From assembly GCF_036321535.1 (NCBI RefSeq), contig NC_087451.1, positions 48,174,001 to 48,238,000 of the forward strand: a stretch of DNA of 64,000 bases, read 5' to 3'. Source of the stretch: Camelus dromedarius (Eukaryota). The notes under the pieces are model-generated. The model had not been told where the DNA came from. It worked only from the letters and a program-made list of their open reading frames with translations, and ran no database searches. Numbering within the stretch: position 1 is the first letter of the stretch; each line of letters opens with the position of its first letter. Of the stretch, positions 13,088 to 27,961 are shown piece after piece. The translations under genes and the position numbers were made by a program.

Positions 13088-13876
13088 CTCAACACAGTGA
13101 TCTGTGGTGGGACAGAAGGGCCTAAGCCACCCTCTCTCTCATGGAGGATAGTGCCCTGAGAGGCTGACTTGCTATAATTCAAGAAACTGGCAATACTATA
13201 GAGGAAACATCTGCTGAGCCAATGAGTGTATAATTTCTAAGAACAGAAGAGTGTTCTGGAAAAAGAAAAAGATGACAGGAGCTCATACACTGAACAAAGA
13301 CAGAGTCCACCATTAGGAACAACCCTGGCCAATTCTCCCAACTATGGAAATCTCTAGGCTTTTGTGTTCTCACAGGATTTGAAATAAGAATATGCTGGGT
13401 ACAACAAATATTTATTGGATAAATAATGCTGATACCATTTTTAAGTGCCTTATACAGATTCTATCAGCACACCACTAATCTAAATTCTTATAAGTTTAAC
13501 ATTACACAGAGACTTCAGGGCAACCTAAAAGTCTCTGGCTCTATTTAACAGAGGAAGGACCTCAGCTGGTCATTTGATCTTTCTCAGCCTCAGTTTTGTC
13601 TTCTGGAAAAAGGGCCTAAAACCATTTCCTTTTCCAACCTCTGGGATTACTGTGAACACCAAAAGCAATCACGTAAAACAGTTAGTCAACTGAGAACTCT
13701 TACACACTATTTTTCATACTCACCCAAACGTGTTGAAGAATCTACACAAAATAACCTGTATTAAGCTTACATATAATATGTATATATATGTGATGTGTAT
13801 ATTCACATTCGTATATATATAGTTACAAATATAGTTAAATCTAAAAACAGTCCCTTGTCTACAGAGAACATCTCCC

Positions 13877-13886
13877 TTTATTTATT
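13877..13886 (-). terminator. Candidate TMEM199 polyadenylation signal (overlapping AATAAATAAA)
   Basis: TTTATTTATT on + strand, about 0.8 kb downstream of the TMEM199 stop. Confidence 0.55.
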
Positions 13887-14674
13887 GATACAACCCACAG
13901 AAGACATACTCTCCCCACAAACACAAACATGCACAAGGGATTTCACAACTAAAAGCAGGCATACTGTATTGCCATCTGAATCATTTTCATTTTTGAAAGC
14001 AAAAGGTGATGGGAAGGTGGAAAGTTTCAGAAGGGGTAGTGAGTGGTGAGACAGGCAGAAGCATACAGAAAATATGAACAAGGCAAGCAGAAGAAGGAAG
14101 AGGATGAAGACAGAAACTAATTAAAAAAGGTAGCTGCCTTGCTTCCAATTCCACCATTGTGTACCAACCATCTTTCTCCTATTTGATGTCCTCTGATCAG
14201 TTCCTCTTCCAGCACAAACTGGAGAAAGGGAATCCCTTCTGCTTTCTTGGAGTCTTCTGATCTCAATTTTAGGTCTGCATCAAGATGTGTGCAGCAAGGA
14301 TGACCACTGATTTGTGAACCTGGGCAAGTTCAAGGCAGTATGGTCTACTTTTGAAAAGGCCTGGATTCTCTGTACTCCCAATGGAAAAAGACCCCTGTCC
14401 CAGCAATGCTCAGAATGGACTGGAGAAGGCAGATGGGCACCAGGTTGAGGAGAACATATTGAGAGACCAGGTCTTTTCAGTTGTTGTCTGAGTCTCCTCT
14501 ACTGCCCCCTCTGTAAACTGACACAGGATGGGGTGCCCCACAGGAACAGCAGGTGGCTTTGGTTCAGCCCTCTGACTAACCAGAGCTGAGTACAGAGAGC
14601 CTGATGGGTTGACTGAGAATCAGTGATTGGCAGCTGGAAGCCTGGAATCCTTAGACTTTGATGATCAAGTGCAG

Positions 14675-16708
<2,034 letters not shown>

Positions 16709-16908
16709 GTCTAGCCAGTTGTAGGGTCAGGTGACCCCGAGCCGGGACTTCCGTCTGCCTCCGCCGGAAGGAGCTCTGAGCTCACGGGGCGGGGCAGAGG
16801 GCCAAGGGGGCGGGGATACGGCGCGGGGCAGTGTGGGGCGGGGGCGGAAGGCCGCCCGGCCGCGGGTGCGTCTGTGTGTCAGCAGCCCGGCGGGCGCTCT
16901 CTCGGGAC
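16709..16908. promoter_or_regulatory. Bidirectional CpG-island promoter TMEM199/POLDIP2
   Basis: Only 200 bp separate the two ATGs; contains an ETS motif (GACTTCCG) and several GGGGCGGGG boxes. Confidence 0.88.
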
Positions 16909-19900
16909 ATGGCGGGCTGTGTGGCCCGGCGGGCCCTGACGGTGGGCAGTCGCTGGTGGTCCCGGTCGCTGGCCGGGGCCCGGGGGCCGAGGCTGTACTG
17001 TGCGGCGGGTGGAGCTGGGGCCTTCCCACCAGCGGCGACCACGATGACGCGGAGGCACCTCTCGTCCCGGTGAGGGACGGAGCGCGGGGGCCGGGCGGGA
17101 GCCCTGGGAACTTGTTCCCAGCCAGCGAGGAGACCACGGGGCCGGGCTGCGTGAGGGTGATTGGAGTTCGACCCGGGAGAGGGTCCCGGCCGAGAGTCGA
17201 CCTGCGCTGCCTGGGACGCGTGCCAAGAGCAGAGAAGGGAGCCCTGGGTTGTGCAGGGCTGGCTCTGAGGGGACACTAGTAACCCTCCCATGGAGAACCC
17301 TGCCTCTCCGAATGGGGGAATCCGAGCGCTGCTGTTAGTGGGCAGCCTTTTAATTAAGTCTCAGGGCTTTTGACTTGAACCCTCAGCCCATGACTGGGTC
17401 AAGGCCTCCCTGAGAAAGATGCTAGAAGTGGGAAACGGGACTCGAGTCTGGGCCCTGCGTGGGTCCCAAGTTTCAGTGTGACCTTGGGGATACACCTTTT
17501 ATTTATGTAACTTGGGGAAGGGGGTTTGAGGCCATGGGGATGTTGTGAGTAGTGCCTCTAGGGATAGGACAGGCAGATCAGATTGGGGCTGGTGGATCAA
17601 GTGGGAGGAAGCATAACGTTCACATCTCCAAAACAGTAAGAAAGCATTGCTTTGAAGGGCCCCCTCGAAAAAGCAGCTCTGTGCAGCGAGGTCTCTGAGA
17701 TAGCTGACCTTTTAATGGCTGAGATTAGACACGGACCTTGGGGAGAAATGATAGCTATTTGCAGTTTAAGACCCTTGAGAAAACTGATGTAAATCTGAAC
17801 AAAAACTAGTTTGGGAGAATACTACTAGGTGCAGTGCAGGGAGTACAGTAGGAAATCTAGGGATGATTAAGCCATTCAAGGGCAGGGTGAGGACTGCAGT
17901 TTAGAGGGGAGATGGACGTGAAATCATATAACACAAAACAAGTATTTTTTTTTTGAGCACGCCTTATACACTAGGATCTGAGAGGGAACACAGGCTAATC
18001 AGACACAGGCATTGCTCCCATTGCTCCCATTACAGTTTCTAATGGAGATAAGACAGGGACATGAATAACTGAAATGCAAGGTGGGAAGGGCAGTTAAAAT
18101 GTTGTGGTAAGTCAGGAAGGTGGGTCAAGGAAGAAATGGAGGCAAGGGATACAATTAATTAAGCAGGGTCTGAGGGCATGATTTGAGGAATGCTGAGAAT
18201 CAGAAGAAAGTGATCTGTGAACAGACAGGTCTCATGGAAACCAAGGAGGCATCTCTAGCTGGACTTCAAAGGAGGAAAGACAGAATCTCTGGAGTGGTGG
18301 TTTGGCAGGACCCTTACGTGCTTCAGCTGGCTTCACTGCCCTGACCCTTCTCTGCTACTGCCCTGGCCCCTCAGTATCCTGGTAGCTTTTTCAGATGCAT
18401 TAGTAAATCCATTCCCTTCTCAGCTTTTCAGTTGCTTATTCTTTTCCTTCCTAATCAGAAACCGACCAGAGGGCAAAGTTTTGGAGACAGTTGGTGTGTT
18501 CGAGGTGCCAAAACAGAATGGAAAATATGAGACTGGACAAGTGAGTGCTGGTCTGGGTCATCTTTCATTTTTATGGTTTGTTCTGCTTCTGAAAGGGTCA
18601 GATTTGGTCACAGGCCTGAATGTTATGGTATTCTGCCTTGGTGTTTGGTGCCAGACCAGAATCACAAGGGTGGGGTTTATTTTATTTTTGTTTTTAAGAT
18701 GGAGTTTCTGTTTTCCTGCATTTGAATGTATTTCCATGTGTCAGTCAGTTCTCTTTCCAAATTAGTGTGGACAGAGATGGTTTGGATTGTTATGAGGAGA
18801 GAGCCCAGTTGCTGAAGAGTCATTTAACATAGTGGTTGGTGGGAAGCTAGTGGAGGGAGCTTTCAGAAAAGCAAACCTGCTTTTTGATGCTTTATCATAT
18901 TTGCAGTGAAGTAAGATCTGGGTGTGAGGCACTTTTTTCTGTATGAGCTCCACTGCGATAGATTTAGGCCCAACTTTTTTTTTTTTTTTTGTATGTCTGC
19001 AATGGACTGAGCGTTATGCATTGGTGTTAAATCAGAAAGCAATACCTTCACGGAGTTGACAGTTTAGAAAGGAATTATAATATGCAAATGGTCAACAGCT
19101 GTACACTGTGCTAAGTGGAGGGGAGGTAAAGGAGGCTTCCTAGAGGCCTCAGCTATGGCCTAAAGGATGAGTAGAAGTCACCCAGTTGAAGAGGCGGTAA
19201 GAGTGTTCCATAGTTTGTCTAGGTGGATCGCAGAATTCAAGGGAAAGAGTAGCAAGACCTTGTGCTAGAGTTGCTAACACCTGTGCCACTTAGTGGTCTG
19301 GGCCCCACCCAGATGGACCTGCTGGGCTGCAGACTCACTGAGGCCTCTCTTTCCTCCCAGCTTTTCCTTCACAGTATTTTTGGCTACCGAGGTGTCGTCC
19401 TGTTTCCCTGGCAAGCCAGACTATATGACCGGGATGTGGCTTCTGCTGCTCCAGAAAAGTAAGTTTCCTCATCATTGTGCCACATGTATCCTCAGGAGGA
19501 GACCTGCTTCATGGCAGACATACATAATTGGGGCCCCAGGGGTGAAGACAGCAGCATCCTTCTGGGCCTTAGAAACACTCCCAGGCCACTAATACCCATG
19601 GAGACAGAAGTGTTTCATGCCAGGGACAGAATTAAGATCCCTTTAGGTCTCCCCAGGATGCTGTCCCAAGGGATTCACAATTTGCATTATAAGTACCCCA
19701 GAGGGCATTTGGGGGACTAGGCTTCTTGATTTCCTGATGTTCAGTTAGAATCTTTCCCTTAATCTTTTATTATCACTAGAATATGTTAAAAAAGAAAAGG
19801 CCCAGCTCTGTTAAATAATCACAGACAGCCCCTGGGACGTGAGGAGAATGGGGTGCTTTGGGTTTCGGGGACTGAGGCAGCAGTTTGATTTTCTCAACGT

Positions 19901-22900
19901 GGCCTGTTTCTTGTAAAAGGCATCCAGAGAGTAAGATAAATGATGACCCTATGCCATGGGTCCTCCATACTCCATTGCTTACCCCTGACTGGGGAGCGTC
20001 TGGCTGGGGTGTTGCTGAACAGGTACACAGCAGGTGCTAAGCCCCTTCAATTCAGGCACCAGTCTGTTTAGTGAGGAGGTGATGGGGACCTGGGGCAAGC
20101 ACTGCTTCTCTTTTCTCTGGGGGTGATCTTGGGCTGCTTCTCCTGCCCCATAGAGCAGAAAACCCTGCTGGCCATGGCTCTAAGGAGGTGAAAGGCAAAA
20201 CTCACACTTACTATCAGGTGCTGATTGATGCCCGAGACTGTCCACATATAGTAAGTAAGCAAGATGGCTGTGCCTGGGGTTCTTCTCCATGGGAAAGGCC
20301 TGAACCCCGATGGGGGCTAAGGGAAGGAGAGGGGTTAAACAGGCCTGGGTCAGCACTGGGCCCCAAGCCCTCACTACTGGATAGTGACCAAGAAAGTCTC
20401 TGACTCACTTCTTGCCTTAGTCTCAGAGATCTCAGACAGAAGCTGTGACTTTCTTGGCTAACCATGATGACAGCCGGGCCCTCTATGCCATCCCAGGTGA
20501 GTGGTGAGCATCTGAATGGTGCCTGTGGTGGTCGGTCTAGTGTGTCTTAGGGAGAGGATTTTGATGCCTTTCTGATGTCCTTTAATCTGCTGGGAGGGAG
20601 TAAAGATGCTGAGAGCAGTGGTGGTCATCCCAACCTGGGACAAGGCCAGGAATTGTGTTTCTTCTCAGCCCTGGTCCTCTCCCCTCCTACATGAGTTTCA
20701 CTGTCCCTTTGCCTCTCTCTGCCAGGCCTGGACTATGTCAGCCATGAAGACATCCTCCCCTACACCTCCACTGATCAGGTTCCCATCCAGCATGAGCTCT
20801 TTGAAAGATTTCTTCTGTATGACCAGACAAAAGGTATCCTCTCTTATTAAGGGAAGCTGGAATAGGAGGGCCCTTTCTTCAAAGAGAGTATCACAGAAGC
20901 ATTTTCGAAGCTCTGTTTCCACAACCTTATTCAAACTCCCATTAGACTTGTCAGATAGATGGCTATTATCTCCTCCTAACAGATATGGAAACAGGCTCAG
21001 GGATGATGAGAAGGGACTGAAGGTTGCGAGGTGGTGTGGAGCGAGGTCTGAAAACCAGGGCTCCTAACTCCTAGTCCGCTTCTCTTCCCCTGATGTCAGC
21101 CCCTCAGGGCTTATTCTTGGTAGGCAGCTCTCTGCCTTCTTCCGGCCTGTGCTTGGCTCATGTTTGGGTGTCTTGTTTACCTGGGCCACCACTGGGAAGA
21201 GTTTTCTAGAAGGGGCAGTTGGAGAGTGGGTGCAATGCCCTGGACTCTGGCCTGGACTAACCAGTCGCCTCTTGTCCCAGCACCCCCTTTTGTGGCTCGA
21301 GAGACGCTACGGGCCTGGCAAGAGAAGAATCACCCCTGGCTGGAGCTCTCTGATGTCCACCGGGAAACCACTGAGAACATCCGTGTCACTGTCATCCCCT
21401 TCTACATGGGCATGAGGGTATGTGCCCAGCTTGGATACCTGCCCTCAGAGCTAGGTCCCAGGTTCTGTGTGGTATCCTCAGTGACTGCTGGTGTGGGTTC
21501 CAAATTTAAACCATGTCTGTGGTTCTGATTTCAAGTGCTGCATACATGGTTGGGGTTGAGCAGCCTCTTGGCGACAGCTGACACCAAGACCTAGAGCAGG
21601 GAAACCCTGGTCCCAGGAAGGAGTCCTCCTGGCTAACCCTTCCTTTTTCTCTTCTGACTCAAAGGGGCCATGTTTATGAAGAATATACACATGCTTATTT
21701 AAATCAGTCTAGGCCCATCTTTACACTTTTTATGCGTTAGTCAAACGTTCATTTAGCTGTTTCTTGCTTGGTGGTAAGCTGGGTCCTGGAGATACAAATA
21801 AAAGTGGAACACTGTTCCTGCCTTCCAGGAGCTCATGGTAGTGGGGGAGGCCAACATATAGCATGTCAAATATTATAATTAGCCTGGAGTATGGGAGGGC
21901 CAAGGAGGAGGACAGTGGCCTGGGCCAGCGGTGGTAGGAGGTGGCGGCTGACAGGGAGGGTGGTAAGGGAAGAGCTCCAGGCTGGTTTCTGTTGGCTTCC
22001 AGCTCTGTTGGTGATCTCGATAGGATGAAGAGGAGGGAGGCCAGGGATGGACCCAAGGGAGACTGCCTCCCTGTGGGCTTGTTGGCCATAGTTCAGACAT
22101 AGTTGAGCTTTGTTCTATCTTTGCAACCTTCCTAGAATACATCACTCCTTCGGAGAGATGATGATGGGAAGAGACTTGGTCCTGCCCTCTGGCACTGAAA
22201 TTCTTTGTGTTTTTTCCCCAGGAGGCCCAGAATTCCCACGTCTACTGGGTGAGTGTCTTCCTCGGGAGGAGGGGAACTCAGGAGGTGTGCCTGCTTGGGC
22301 AGGTTGGGAGGTGGGGCTTGTGCAATGCAGGTGCCTTTGTTGCCCTTTGCTCTCCTAGAATTCTGAGAGGGCTAGCCCAGGGTCTGTTCCTTCTCAGATG
22401 TGAACTCTCTTCCCTACCCTCACAGTGGCGCTACTGTATCCGCTTGGAGAACCTTGACAGTGACGTGGTACAGCTCCGGGAGCGGCACTGGAGGATATTC
22501 AGTCTATCCGGCACCTTGGAGACAGTGCGAGGCCGAGGGGTGGTGGGCAGGGTGAGCATCTTTGGGCCAATAATGCCCAGTTTCTGGTCCTGCACAGCAG
22601 GCTTGGGAGCTTAGTGCATGGTTTCCTCCTTCTCTGTGGTTAAGGACAGAGGCTCAGTGTGTGAAAGCGTCAGGCTGTTTGGGGTGAGAAGCCTCATAAC
22701 CACCCATTCACAGATGAAGAGACTGAGACTGTTAAATTTAACTAGCCCATGGTCCTATAGCTAATAGTGGCAGGGCCTGGATTTGAATCCAAGTGAATCT
22801 GACATCAAAGCTTGTGGTTGTAGGCATAGTGCCTTTTAAAAAATTTGAATTGGGTGCTCGCTTTGGCAACACATATCCTTAAAAAAAAAAAAAAAGAAAA

Positions 22901-24358
22901 AACAAAACTGAATTGGAATGCCTTCAGGCGGGGCATGCACTCCCCACCACTCCTGGTTGTCCTTCCTCTGCCTCTTTATATGCGTACATCCTTTGCTGGT
23001 CCTTGAAGAGATCTGATTTTGCAATTCGTGTGCTACGCCACCGTCTCTTGAGAAATAAAGTCACGAGAAGGGGCCACATTCAACAAGCATTTATCGATGT
23101 TTGCAGGGACTTGGGGAAACTGGGTGGGATAGTAAAAATAGGGCTTTGGAGTTAGTCTGGTTTCAAATGCCAGCTATGTTGTTTACTCGCTGCATAATTT
23201 TGGGCAAGTTATTTAACCAAAATCTCAGTTTCTTACTGCTGAAATGGGGTTAACACCTATTACCTTATGATTACCACCAGACTTAAGTCAGCAGGAGTTT
23301 GCAGAATACCACATGGTGCCTGGCACTCAGGTACTCAGTGAACAGACGCTGGAAGAGGTATTTACAGAGTAGGCCCTAGTTACCTCAGACATTCAATCTG
23401 AGATTGTCTTTCCCAAGGTCAGAATAAAAGGACCAGGTCAATGGCTGTGCTGTAGGAGGAGGTACTGGTCGAGTTATGGTGGGAGGCATGAGGGGGCATC
23501 CAGTCCTGACTGGCAGTCAGCATGGGGCCGCAGGGTACAGGGAGCTTGTCTGGCCTGACCTCTTTTGCCTGAACCCTCACAGGAACCAGTGTTATCCAAG
23601 GAGCAGCCTGCATTCCAGTATAGCAGCCACGTCTCCCTGCAAGCTTCCAGTGGGCACATGTGGTGAGTGAGCATGTGCTGGGGCGGGGGCAGCTCAACTT
23701 CACGGACACTGCAGGTCAGAGAGAGCTCATAGCTGACAGTTAACTCTGGGCCAAGTGAAGCCCTGAGGTGGAGCCTTATCTCCTGTTCATTGTTGTGTGG
23801 GTGTCATCTGATTTTTTATGACTGTCTGTTTCCTACTTCCCTGTGGTTTTGTGGACTAAAGACTTACGTCAGAGAGGTCTGGTGACTATTTTTTTTTTTA
23901 AGAATGTACTTTATTTATTTATTTATTTTAATGGAGGTACTGGGGATTGACCCCAGGACCTCGTGCATGCCAAGTGTACACTCTACCACTGCACTATACC
24001 CCCACCCCCTGAGGTCTGGTGACTCTGATGCTGTACTGAGTTGCCCATGTAGTTGGTTTTTTGCCCTGCTGTTTCACTCCTTAACCTGGAAGTGTAGTTG
24101 GGTAGCTTATTCCTTATGCATCTAAGGACCAGTATCAGGACAGCTGTGTTTCTTATTTTCATATAGGGCCAGAATGGGCTCTCCAGACCTCAGGAGGGCC
24201 TTAGCCCTCATTCCCTCTAAACCAGCTTTTCTCTGACCTACAGGGGCACGTTCCGCTTCGAGAGGCCTGATGGTTCCCACTTTGATGTCCGGATCCCGCC
24301 TTTCTCCCTCGAAAGCAATAAAGATGAGAAGACACCACCTTCAGGCCTTCACTGGTAG
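16909..24358 (+). CDS. POLDIP2: POLDIP2 (PDIP38; YccV/HspQ-like and ApaG/DUF525 domains), 11 exons, 368 aa
   Basis: Exons 16909-17069, 18459-18540, 19361-19458, 20154-20250, 20421-20496, 20726-20833, 21281-21417, 22222-22248, 22426-22551, 23583-23662, 24244-24358; GT-AG; 1107 nt in frame. Motifs LFLHSIFGYRGVVLFPWQAR, WWRYCIRLENL, GRGVVGREP; ends PPSGLHW. Confidence 0.98.
22854..22907 (+). pseudogene. U6 snRNA 5' fragment retrocopy with A-rich tail, POLDIP2 intron 9
   Basis: GTGCTCGCTTTGGCAACACATATCCT resembles U6 nt 1-26 (GTGCTCGCTTCGGCAGCACATATACT), followed by an A-tract; flanked by the imperfect direct repeat ..TGAATTGG. Confidence 0.8.
23888..24010 (-). mobile_element. tRNA-derived SINE (camelid Vic-type), POLDIP2 intron 10
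   Basis: Reverse strand GGGGGTATAGTGCAGTGGTAGAG...GGTCCTGGGGTCAATCCCCAGTACCTCC with (AAAT)n tail; exact 14-bp TSD GAGGTCTGGTGACT (23874-23887 and 24011-24024). Confidence 0.88.
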
Positions 24359-27300
24359 GCCAGCTGAGGTCCTGAGTACCCAGCCTCAGCCCCTGAAGAA
24401 CATCCCACGATTGCTGCAGAACTCTCTCCATCGTGGGCCACAGTGGGTCTCTTAATCCTTTGCGCCATTTGATTGTGGGGTTCTTGTTTTGGCGGGTGGA
24501 GTGTAACTGTTCTCTCCAGAAGACCCATGTAGGACTCCTCCAAGGCTGGCCTCCCCCATAAGCCCTGCCTGTGCTGTGTTCCAGTAAACCTTTCCATCAG
24601 GAACTCTGTGTTCAGCTGCCCAGGCCTGGAGGAGTTTCCTAGCCTGTCACACAAATTGTTTAGAATGTGAGGTTTGGTCAATAAACGAGTGCACGCTTGG
24701 CCATCCTCGCCATTTCTGCCCCTGGCGTCTCAGGCTCCCTTTTTGACCCAGCGGGGGCCCTTTGTTGCTTTCCTTACTGCCCTCCCAGGAAGCTGCCCCT
24801 TCTACTAGGTTGTTTCCTTCTTGAGACTGGGGGTCGGCTGACGTCTCCCAGGTCACTGTGCCTCTTAGCCAGTGGAATGGGGGCTGGACTGGACTCTTGT
24901 TCTTTTCTTTACCCTCTGCCAAGTGCAGAGCAGGAGGCCAGCATCAAGGTCAAAGGAGTGGCTTAGCTCTTAGTGCTGGCCAACTGTTGGCATCTCTGGC
25001 CTCCCTGGGCCTGGGAGAGGAGTGAGGCAAGCCTGTCGGGTTTCCCGGAGCAATGGGCTTGCCAGCTGTGGGCACAAGTCTCAAGCCTCCAAGATCACAA
25101 ATGCAGAAACTCAGCCAAGGAGCTTTGGTATGGACGGTGACTAAGCCAAGCTACTTTCTGAGCTTCTCACAGATCTCCAAGAGCCAGAGATAAAATGTGT
25201 TGCATTTTTGCCGATTCTTAGGATCCCTGCACACTACTGTAGTCATTGTTAAAGAGGTCATTTTCTTGAATTAATATTAAATCTCAGTTCCAGTCCTTAT
25301 TAGTGTTGTCCTTAATCCTCCACCAGGGGGAGCCTGGGATGCGGGGCAACTGATTGCAATGGAACATAGGACCCAGCGAGAACATAATGAAGTCAGGTGA
25401 TGAACTGAAATACAAGAATTACATTCAAGGCAGCGAGCTGACAAAGGTATACTCACTGTAAGCATGGCTCTGTACTACTGCAGTGTAACACAATTTTATT
25501 AGAAATTAGTGTTTGTTTTCATCATCTATACTGAGCAACAAAGAATTGTAGTTACATGATAAAGAAGGAAGTTCTTTCATACCGGGACCTGTGCTGTCTT
25601 TCAGGCAGACCTCGGTGGGGTAACAGGTTGATTAGAACCTAATACTGGTCCCTGTGGTTAACAGCAGGCTTCCAGTTTTCTCAGAAACTGACAAGAATGT
25701 TTGACTTTTATCCACAACTTTTGTTTACATTCCCTTTGGCTGCTCGGAGTTGAAAAATTCACAACAGCCAAGAGCTGCTTTCTGAATGGGGCTGGGAAAC
25801 TCAAAATTCCCCAAACCTTTACACCACAGTCTGATTTAAAAAGCTAAGATTATTTCAGTGAGTTCAGTGTTAGTATTTTAAGACCAAGGAGATATTTTCA
25901 GTTGGAGGAGATAAGTGCCCAAGTCCTAGACTCTTGTGCTTTCTCAGGAAGAAAAGACTACTCGCCACTGACACAGCTGAGGATCTGAATGTGAGAGCAG
26001 TAAAGAGAGGCCACAGGGGCTGGGGAGGTCAGAGGACAAGCATTAAAATACCTCAGTGGGGAGCTGGGACTTTTGAGTATTAAAAGGCTTCAGGAAGGCA
26101 GCTGAAGAAACAGGCCAGTGGCCTCAGGCAGAAGCATTCCAGTCACTGTGGGAAAGCCACAAAGCCAGAGCCGGAATCTGGCCAAAGAAATGGATTTGTC
26201 TTCATTTTGTTACTCCAGTGAGGGCTGGAAGAACTGTTTGTAGCTGATCACTAAGGTGCCCCACCTGAAAGTCTTTATACATTCAAGACTGTGACAAGTG
26301 TAAAATGCCTGATTAGAGTCACTTCCTCCCCCACCCCCCATCATGTCATTTCAGGTCCTTGTGAGCATCTGCTAACCCTGGCCTGGCATTTGCCCGTAGG
26401 CTGTATGGGGTCAGCCATGAGCAGCCACTTAGCTATAGTAAGAGTAGTCAAGAGACATGAACTTGATAACCTATGTCCCTTCTTGACTGGGTACTGCTAA
26501 GTGGCTGTGCTGCTTTGTTAGGCTGGTTGAACAGCTTCCCTAGCGGCATTCCTTTGGAAAAGAATTTGGATAAGCAGCCTCCCAAGGGCCAAGCCAAACA
26601 GAAGGATGAAAACCAAAGCCCTGAAGAGGATCTTGCACCCTTGCCCAAGAGCTGGTGCTTGGCATCTCCAAAAGAAAGCAAGCAAGCTTTCAAGGTGCTG
26701 AGGCTACTCACATCATCCTGTGTTCAGGGACTCACCACTGGACAGAACCGCTGTCTCCAGCCAGGACACAAAACCAGTAGCATGGGTGGGAGGCAGGGGG
26801 TGTGTGTGGCGAAGCACAGCCGCCTCTACACAGGGCTGCCAGTAATGCGGGACTCTGCGTTCGCTGCCGCCACCTGATAGGCCTGCAGGCCCGGTGCCCA
26901 TGGGCTCCACAGCCTCCCTGCTGCGGCTCTTGCTCCTGGCTGCAAGCAGCTCCTGGCCCCTGTGATGGCTCTTTGGCTTTACAGTAAGTGAAGACAGCAT
27001 GCCTCGGAGCCGAGGGCAAGTGAATCAAAGAGAGCAGTCATGTTAGACCTTAGAAGTCAGTATGTGGGGGTAAAATGTCCTTTCTCAAAGGGGTGTTATT
27101 AGGACCACAGGTCCTAACTTACACATCCCTTCCCCTCTGTGCTCTCTGTGCTGGCTGCTTGGCCGGTTTGGCAAAGCCAAAGCTGGTCAGTTTTTTTTTT
27201 TTTTTTCAATTATTGCTTCTTTCCCCTCCCTCAGATTGATTCTGTAGGGAAGAGGGGATTAGGATCAGAAAAAGATGACATGGGTTAGGGCAGAATACAA

Positions 27301-27961
27301 ATCTCCTGAATAAAAGTACAAAGTGCTTTAAAGAAATAGATCCCAAAGGCATCAAAAGGGCCAAGGGTTCTGCTTTACTCAGGGTCCTGGAACCCTGGAG
27401 GGGTAGCAGAAATACCAAGTCCCCTCATTATTAGACTTAAAACTAGTCACTTCCTAGATTACTTTTTTAAAACCAAACTCATCAAGCCTATGCTTAAACA
27501 CCTTAGGAAAAAAGGAGCCCCGTTTTCCTTAAATTGGGCCTCCACAGCACCAGAAGCCACCTTCCCCAGAGTGAACCCATTCCCCATGGGCCTCCACTGA
27601 GGCCTGAAGTAGCCCCTCAGTAGAGCAAAGGGACACTCAGCAAACAGCCAAGGGGAATGCTCTTGGCGGGGAGGTGGGCAGGTCAGTCCACTCAGCCCAG
27701 GGCAGCAGCGACTCCCTGTGGCAGGAAGGGAGATGCTGAGCAAAGGGGCCAGGGCTCAGTCCTCCTGAAGTGCTGGGGGAGCAGAGCAAAGAAGCATGAT
27801 CCCTCCCCTGCTCAGAACCTCTGACCTCCCAGGCAGGGCCTGTCATGCCTCTGGGTGCTGGAGCAGAGATGGAGCCAGCAGCAGCGTGGGGTGGCCAATT
27901 GGGCGGGGCTCCACAGGAGGGCAGACAGGGCGTCCCGTGCCCTGACTCCCGGAGGGTCTTG

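Noticed and set aside
16727-17291. Overlapping 115-182 aa ORFs at the TMEM199/POLDIP2 promoter
   Set aside because: GC-rich shadow ORFs; only the POLDIP2 exon 1 frame has homology and splice support.
23888-24010. tRNA-like A/B boxes
   Set aside because: They belong to a SINE with tail and TSD, not a tRNA gene. No tRNA, rRNA or CRISPR array was found in the window.
24317-24322. AATAAA in the last POLDIP2 exon
   Set aside because: Falls inside the CDS (codons for S-N-K), before the stop.
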